This document shows positions 58,856 through 64,000 of a stretch of 64,000 nt of DNA, piece after piece. The first letter of the stretch is position 1. Every line of letters starts with the position of its first letter. The notes under the pieces were generated by a model. It did not search any database, was not told the DNA's origin, and was given only the letters and a program-made list of their open reading frames with translations. Both the position numbers and the translations under genes were made by a program. The DNA is from a virus, in the IMG/VR virus record IMGVR_UViG_3300032268_001383, positions 34,742-98,741 of that record. One strand, given 5' to 3'.

Positions 58856-59776
58856 TTATAAAAAATCTATATTGTTTAATTTATTTAAATTATATTTAAA
58901 CTTGGTATTATTTAAAATTTTAGTAATGTACTTAATATCAACCTCATATATTTTTTCATAAGAATTTACTTTAAAAATAGAATTTTGATAATCAGCCTCA
59001 ATCACCACCCCAGTTATATGAACTAATTCTGTTTTTATTCCAGCAGGATCTTCTTCTAAAAATTCTATTTCTGTACCTTCATAAATATTTCTATTTCTAA
59101 TTTCAGTAGAATAGTTTTGTTTACCAACGTGATCCTGTAATTCTGAGATAATCATATTTCTCCATTTATTATCCAATAATTTGAACATATTAAATAAATT
59201 GTCAGAAAAATAAACGGCTAACTCATTAAATAACTCTACATTTGTAAAGCTTTCACCATATAAATGTGTTTTAAGTAAATAATAGTAATGGTTGAAATCT
59301 GATTTAGAAGGTTTTCTGCGATTATTTAAGAAATTTATATCTGTGTGTTCGTCTAATACTTGGTATACTTTTTCTTTAATTCTTTTTTGTTTGATATAGT
59401 TTTCATTATCTACTGATTCATACCAATAGTGGGAAGACTTATCTACTTCAAAATTTTCATTTCTATTAGCAACTATATCAATATCATCTTCCGATAGAGG
59501 ATCTTCTTTTTTCCCTTTGAAGATAGAATCATATTTAAGACTATGTTTACCCTGTAGTGTATGTTTAGAAAGTACAACTGGATTTTCTTCTGGTATAGGT
59601 TCTAAGTTCAAGTCGTCATCGTCAATTTCAATAATGTCATCACTAAAATCTTCATCTTCGACGAGAATATCTAAAATTTCTTCTTCTACATCGGGTTCTT
59701 CGTTAGATTCAACTTCGGTTAAATCTTCATTTAATTCTTCTTCTTCGAAGTCTTCAAGGTTTTTTTTCTTAATCAT
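58856..59776 (-). CDS. hypothetical protein with highly acidic N-terminus
   Basis: 306 aa, directly downstream of the helicase. Confidence 0.7.
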   Translation of the reverse strand: MIKKKNLEDFEEEELNEDLTEVESNEEPDVEEEILDILVEDEDFSDDIIEIDDDDLNLEPIPEENPVVLSKHTLQGKHSLKYDSIFKGKKEDPLSEDDIDIVANRNENFEVDKSSHYWYESVDNENYIKQKRIKEKVYQVLDEHTDINFLNNRRKPSKSDFNHYYYLLKTHLYGESFTNVELFNELAVYFSDNLFNMFKLLDNKWRNMIISELQDHVGKQNYSTEIRNRNIYEGTEIEFLEEDPAGIKTELVHITGVVIEADYQNSIFKVNSYEKIYEVDIKYITKILNNTKFKYNLNKLNNIDFL

Positions 59777-59792
59777 ATTTAATTTTTTATTT

Positions 59793-61121
59793 TTATAAAG
59801 AATCTAAAAATATATCATTTTCAAGAGTTAGATAGACTGGATTAAGATTTATTTTTATTTGTGACCTGGTAAAATCGCCATCTCTTTGCTTCAATAGTTT
59901 GAATCTATAAAGATTTTGTCTTTTCATCTCTTCTGTTCTAATTATCGTGAAGAAAACATCGGCTGTTTCTGCGATTGCTTTACTTTCCGGTACTTGTTCA
60001 AGAGTGACATCTGCTGCGTTCCAAGCGTCCTTAGCCACTTGAATTGCAGTTATTACAGGTAGTTTATACTTTGCTGCTATCGCCCTTAGACCCTCAGCTA
60101 AAAACTTTCCTTTAGTATAAAGATTATCACCTTGTCCTTTAGGTGTTGCTATAAGAGTTATATAATCTACAATGACTAAATCAATTTTTAATCCTTTTTT
60201 TTCTTTCAATTTCTGAAGATAGTTATCGAAATCGTTTATAGTTGCTGTACCAGCCGCCCAGAACTTAGTAATTATTTTACCTATATTCTTATCAAATAAA
60301 TCATTATTACTAATGTTTTTCAAACCCTGTATTCTTTTTTTGATAAATTCACTATCTTTGCTAATATTATCATAATCATTAATAGGAACTTTCAATCTCA
60401 TAGCTCCAAGTCTCTTCATTACTTTTCTTTCGCTCATTTCTAATGTTATATAAAGCACATTATATCCCATATCAGCAGATTTGACTGCAAAGTTTTGCAT
60501 CCAGAGTGATTTACCCGCGTTAGTACTCGCCATGATTATGCTTAAAGTAGAAATATCCCAACCACCACCTAACATATGGTCGATTGTATCAAACCCAGAA
60601 CGTATTTTAAATCTTGATGAGTCTTGTACGTGCATTTCTGGATCATCAAAGTCTGAACCCAAGTCATCGTCGTCAGCAAAATTAACGTTTGACATTTGTT
60701 CAACTATAGTTCGAATTTTATTGGCTGAATCTAGAACCGAATCAAAGTCAGTTTTTGTTTCTAAGTTTCTTGTTTCGTCAACAATATCAACTGTGCCACT
60801 TTTTAGACGATTGGCTAAAACCCAAGCATTGAATTTAGGAATTATAAAGTTATTTTCATCATATTCGGCTAGGTTAACAGATAACATAGCTTTCAAAATT
60901 TCTTTTGTGATTAATCCATCTCTATCTTCTAATTGAACCATCTCTAAAATTTGTTTAGGAGATGGGACCTCAGCTTCTTTTTTTGTTAAAATATATTTTC
61001 TAATTATATTATAAACAAAAAGTATCTCCATATTCTTAAAAAAATGTGGTTCTACAATATCAAAGTAACGTTTGTTTTTAAGTACAAAAGAGAAAAATAT
61101 CTTTTCTAAAGAAACTGTCAT
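59793..61121 (-). CDS. DnaB-like replicative helicase (T4 gp41-like)
   Basis: ASTNAGKS, YITLEMSE, IVDYI, TAIQ, ESKAIAETAD, KQRDG. Confidence 0.92.
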   Translation of the reverse strand: MTVSLEKIFFSFVLKNKRYFDIVEPHFFKNMEILFVYNIIRKYILTKKEAEVPSPKQILEMVQLEDRDGLITKEILKAMLSVNLAEYDENNFIIPKFNAWVLANRLKSGTVDIVDETRNLETKTDFDSVLDSANKIRTIVEQMSNVNFADDDDLGSDFDDPEMHVQDSSRFKIRSGFDTIDHMLGGGWDISTLSIIMASTNAGKSLWMQNFAVKSADMGYNVLYITLEMSERKVMKRLGAMRLKVPINDYDNISKDSEFIKKRIQGLKNISNNDLFDKNIGKIITKFWAAGTATINDFDNYLQKLKEKKGLKIDLVIVDYITLIATPKGQGDNLYTKGKFLAEGLRAIAAKYKLPVITAIQVAKDAWNAADVTLEQVPESKAIAETADVFFTIIRTEEMKRQNLYRFKLLKQRDGDFTRSQIKINLNPVYLTLENDIFLDSL

Positions 61122-61247
61122 TAAATTTAATTTTAGATTTAATGATTATAGATAGGTAAACTAGTTAAGTTTAATATATAACCTTTCCAAAAAAATAAAT
61201 CCGGAAAGAGATTCAGGATTTATAATTCAAATATCTTAAAATTAATT

Positions 61248-62126
61248 TTACTGTTCGTTAATTATTTCGTCTTTACTGATTTGTGATTCAATCCCTCTCA
61301 ATTCTGTTGGTTCATTGCCTTTAATTATGTTTTTAGATCTTAAGAAGTCTCCAATCTTTTTTGATATCCATTCATAACCTCTTTTTGCCAGCATTGTTCC
61401 AACACCAACACCAAATACTAGGAGGTTTTTAGCTATATCCATCGGTAAAGTTTCTAAAGTTAAATTAGAGGCATTTATTATTCCGGAAATTGCATTCATA
61501 GTAGGTATAAGTAGAGATGTGTAAGCAAATAAATCTACAAAATTACTAATAATTAAGGATGCATGTTTAAAAATCATTTTCAAAAATCCACCTATTGAAA
61601 CAAGACAACCAACTAATTTCTTAACTATCCCATTTCCGATTCCTCTTAATTTTAATTCTGCTAAAAGTGTATCAGTATCGTTTCGGGTTACTAATGATTT
61701 AGTTGTACCCTTACCAGAACATTTTTGACAAGTTTCTTCTCCTCCGTTGTTTTTTATTGAACCTTTGCCATTGCAGGTATCACAAACTATTGATAGCTCA
61801 CCTGTTTTATTCTTTTTTTCTTCTAAGTAAGCAATAGCAACTGCTGTAATTGTTAATAAAACAACATTTTCAACTGTCAAGTCAACGTTTAAATTAGAAT
61901 TTTTTAAGAGATGCATTACTATTGGATACATTGCATTAATTCCTGCACCAAATGTAAATATCAAACTATAATTGAATTTGATATCCTTCTGTAATTGATT
62001 GGCAATTTTGGTAATTGCTGATTCTTCCTTTGACTCTTTAAGTGATTGATTTATAAGTCTTTCAACAAATTCTTCAAGGAAGTCATGAGATTTTTTATAA
62101 TCTGCGAATTTTACTACTTTTGTCAT
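61248..62126 (-). CDS. hydrophobic protein with inserted CxxCxGxG zinc finger
   Basis: CDTCNGKG...CQKCSGKG between hydrophobic helices. Confidence 0.65.
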   Translation of the reverse strand: MTKVVKFADYKKSHDFLEEFVERLINQSLKESKEESAITKIANQLQKDIKFNYSLIFTFGAGINAMYPIVMHLLKNSNLNVDLTVENVVLLTITAVAIAYLEEKKNKTGELSIVCDTCNGKGSIKNNGGEETCQKCSGKGTTKSLVTRNDTDTLLAELKLRGIGNGIVKKLVGCLVSIGGFLKMIFKHASLIISNFVDLFAYTSLLIPTMNAISGIINASNLTLETLPMDIAKNLLVFGVGVGTMLAKRGYEWISKKIGDFLRSKNIIKGNEPTELRGIESQISKDEIINEQ

Positions 62127-62233
62127 AATTAGTATATATTAAAATATAAAATTTGCATTTTTTAAACTTATTATCAATAGTTACTTTTTTGATAATTTTT
62201 TTTTAATATATAAAATAAAAATAAAATCAAAAT

Positions 62234-62659
62234 ATGAAATTTATTAAAACCTTTGAAAGTTACGAAGTTGATTCTACTTGTCCATCAAGAGAAGAAATGA
62301 TTTCACATCTATGCGCATGTGGATACAATGAAGCTGAATGTGACGAAATGTCTATGGATGATCTCGAAATGCAATACAATGAATGTGGCGGTGGAATGGC
62401 TTATGAAGCAAAAAAACATAGAGCAAAAGCTAAGGCAAAAGCTAAAGCAAAAAAGAAAATGCCTGATTTTCCAGACGTAGACGGTGATGGTGACACAGAT
62501 GAACCTATCAGTAAAGCAAATAGAGACAAAAAGGCTGCTCAAGCCGGAAAAGGTAAAGCCGAAGATAAAACTGGATCTCAAGCTCAAGGTAAACTAAGTG
62601 CTGCTCAGAAAAAACTTCCACCTGCTTTACAAAAAGCAATTGCAGCTAAGAGAAAATAA
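62234..62659 (+). CDS. Lys/Ala-rich protein with capsid-targeting-like leader
   Basis: MKFIKTFESYE; AKAKAKAK; DVDGDGDTDE; terminator downstream. Confidence 0.75.
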   Translation: MKFIKTFESYEVDSTCPSREEMISHLCACGYNEAECDEMSMDDLEMQYNECGGGMAYEAKKHRAKAKAKAKAKKKMPDFPDVDGDGDTDEPISKANRDKKAAQAGKGKAEDKTGSQAQGKLSAAQKKLPPALQKAIAAKRK

Positions 62660-62670
62660 TAACTAAATTC

Positions 62671-62702
62671 AAAAGTCATCATTAAAAATGATGACTTTTT
62701 TT
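62671..62702. terminator. bidirectional intrinsic terminator between convergent genes
   Basis: aaaagtcatcatt/aatgatgactttt stem with A- and T-tracts. Confidence 0.75.
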
Positions 62703-64000
62703 ATTGTCCTAACTTAACATCAACTCTTTTAATCGAACTTGAAAACCATTGGGGTATAAATTTTGAACTATATTTCAAAATATCACCAAATGAACCATCC
62801 AAAATTATAGTATCAGCAAAATCTGTCTTGCTTCTAATCGATCTACCATACATCTGTATCAAACCAGCCACAGTTCTATAAGCATACCAATCTGGATTAT
62901 TCTTCTGTCTCAATTTATTCTTCTGAGATGCTAAACTCGGATAAGGAACCTTAGCAATTATCTGAAATCTCGACCTCTCATGGTCGAAACTAACACCAGT
63001 ACCAACAGAAGGAGATACAAATACAGTTGGGTCTTTACCTTCCATATGCAACCTCAACATTTCTTCCTTATTAGAAGAAGTATGAAAAAGTAATCTAGTA
63101 TCTTCAATATCTCTCCTAATCCAATCACTTAGTTCAAAAGAATTAGTATGTATTATACCCTTTTTACCTTCATATTTTTTCAATAACTTATGAATAAAAG
63201 GTTTGTAGTTGCCGAATGTTTCCTCTTTTCTTTGATATGACATTTTACCAAGTGGCATATAATAAATAATACGATTCTGAATCGGGAAAGGTGACTCAAC
63301 AGAATAATAAACTGTATTTTCGGTATCTAATCCATTCAATTCAGAAAACAAATTCTTATCTAAAATTGTACCCGACATCAAAATTACAATATCATAGTTA
63401 GACCATACATACTTATCTAAGTAGTCATATGCCCAAATCGGCTCTAAAGATAATTCCTTTTGGTTTTTATCATTCCAATTTGTCTCTAAGACCCAATTAT
63501 CAGGATTAGAATTATACTCTGATAGAAAAAGGTCAATCTTCATTTGATACTGTTTCAAGTCATTGATAATTTGCATCAATTTAACATCTTTATTGCCACC
63601 ACCAACAATTTTAGAAATTTTTAGGTCTCTTTTGTCCGATTTTGCACTTCTATCACCTTGCATCGAACTATCTAAAGATGCAACAGTCACAGCTAATTCT
63701 ACTTTCATAAACTCTAAAAACTTGACATACTCAGAAATAGAAGATACTGATTTTAAAGCTTTCAAAACTTTTGCCTCATTAGTGAATTTTAATTTCTTTA
63801 CTACATTCTCAGTAATTTTTATTGAAATAAAGTCACTCATTACGGAATCTAGTTCATGACATTCATCTACTATTAACATAGTAGATTCTCTTCCCTCTAC
63901 TATATTTTGATTATAAAGAGCATAAGTTAAGTAAAGATGAAAATTTGTTAAGCTAACTTTACCGGAAATGTATCCATTTCTAGCACCATCATAAGGACAA
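62701..64000 (-). CDS. DinG/XPD-family SF2 helicase (5'-truncated by the window)
   Basis: Frame open to the window edge (CPY...LTNF); IVDECH, LMSGT, GVSF, KVPYP, QMYGRSIRSKTD, ILDG. Confidence 0.9.
   Translation of the reverse strand, partial: CPYDGARNGYISGKVSLTNFHLYLTYALYNQNIVEGRESTMLIVDECHELDSVMSDFISIKITENVVKKLKFTNEAKVLKALKSVSSISEYVKFLEFMKVELAVTVASLDSSMQGDRSAKSDKRDLKISKIVGGGNKDVKLMQIINDLKQYQMKIDLFLSEYNSNPDNWVLETNWNDKNQKELSLEPIWAYDYLDKYVWSNYDIVILMSGTILDKNLFSELNGLDTENTVYYSVESPFPIQNRIIYYMPLGKMSYQRKEETFGNYKPFIHKLLKKYEGKKGIIHTNSFELSDWIRRDIEDTRLLFHTSSNKEEMLRLHMEGKDPTVFVSPSVGTGVSFDHERSRFQIIAKVPYPSLASQKNKLRQKNNPDWYAYRTVAGLIQMYGRSIRSKTDFADTIILDGSFGDILKYSSKFIPQWFSSSIKRVDVKLGQ

Noticed and set aside
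43639-61207. Repeated aaaaaaataaatccggaa at about 43639 and 61190
   Set aside because: Only two low-complexity copies; one is the arm of a terminator-like hairpin, so no function can be supported

Overview
AT-rich, densely coding window of a large (jumbo/'huge') T4-like dsDNA phage genome. The host is probably Bacteroidota, given the Flavobacterium-type bS21 gene and A-rich, SD-less start regions; the standard genetic code reads throughout. The window holds tail-fibre/virion structural genes (including two giant W-x-x-G repeat proteins) and replication/recombination genes (Rad50/gp46, primase, DnaB/gp41 helicase, DinG-like helicase, minimal ligase). It also holds host-takeover genes (bS21, DnaJ, PhoH, M16 peptidase, two orphan methyltransferases) and about 16 small unrelated proteins that share a T4-like capsid-targeting leader. 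Two loci stand out. (1) Ribonucleotide reductase nrdA (53280-58753, minus) is fractured into three polypeptides joined by TWO different split inteins. One intein has a non-canonical Gly at +1, a 289-nt group I intron sits 9 nt after the first C-intein, and a free-standing homing endonuclease lies between the halves of the second intein. (2) A Ro60/TROVE gene is preceded by two candidate Y-like ncRNAs (71 and about 322 nt) that share a bulged closing helix, followed by a terminator. All product calls come from motif recognition by eye; no database searches were run.
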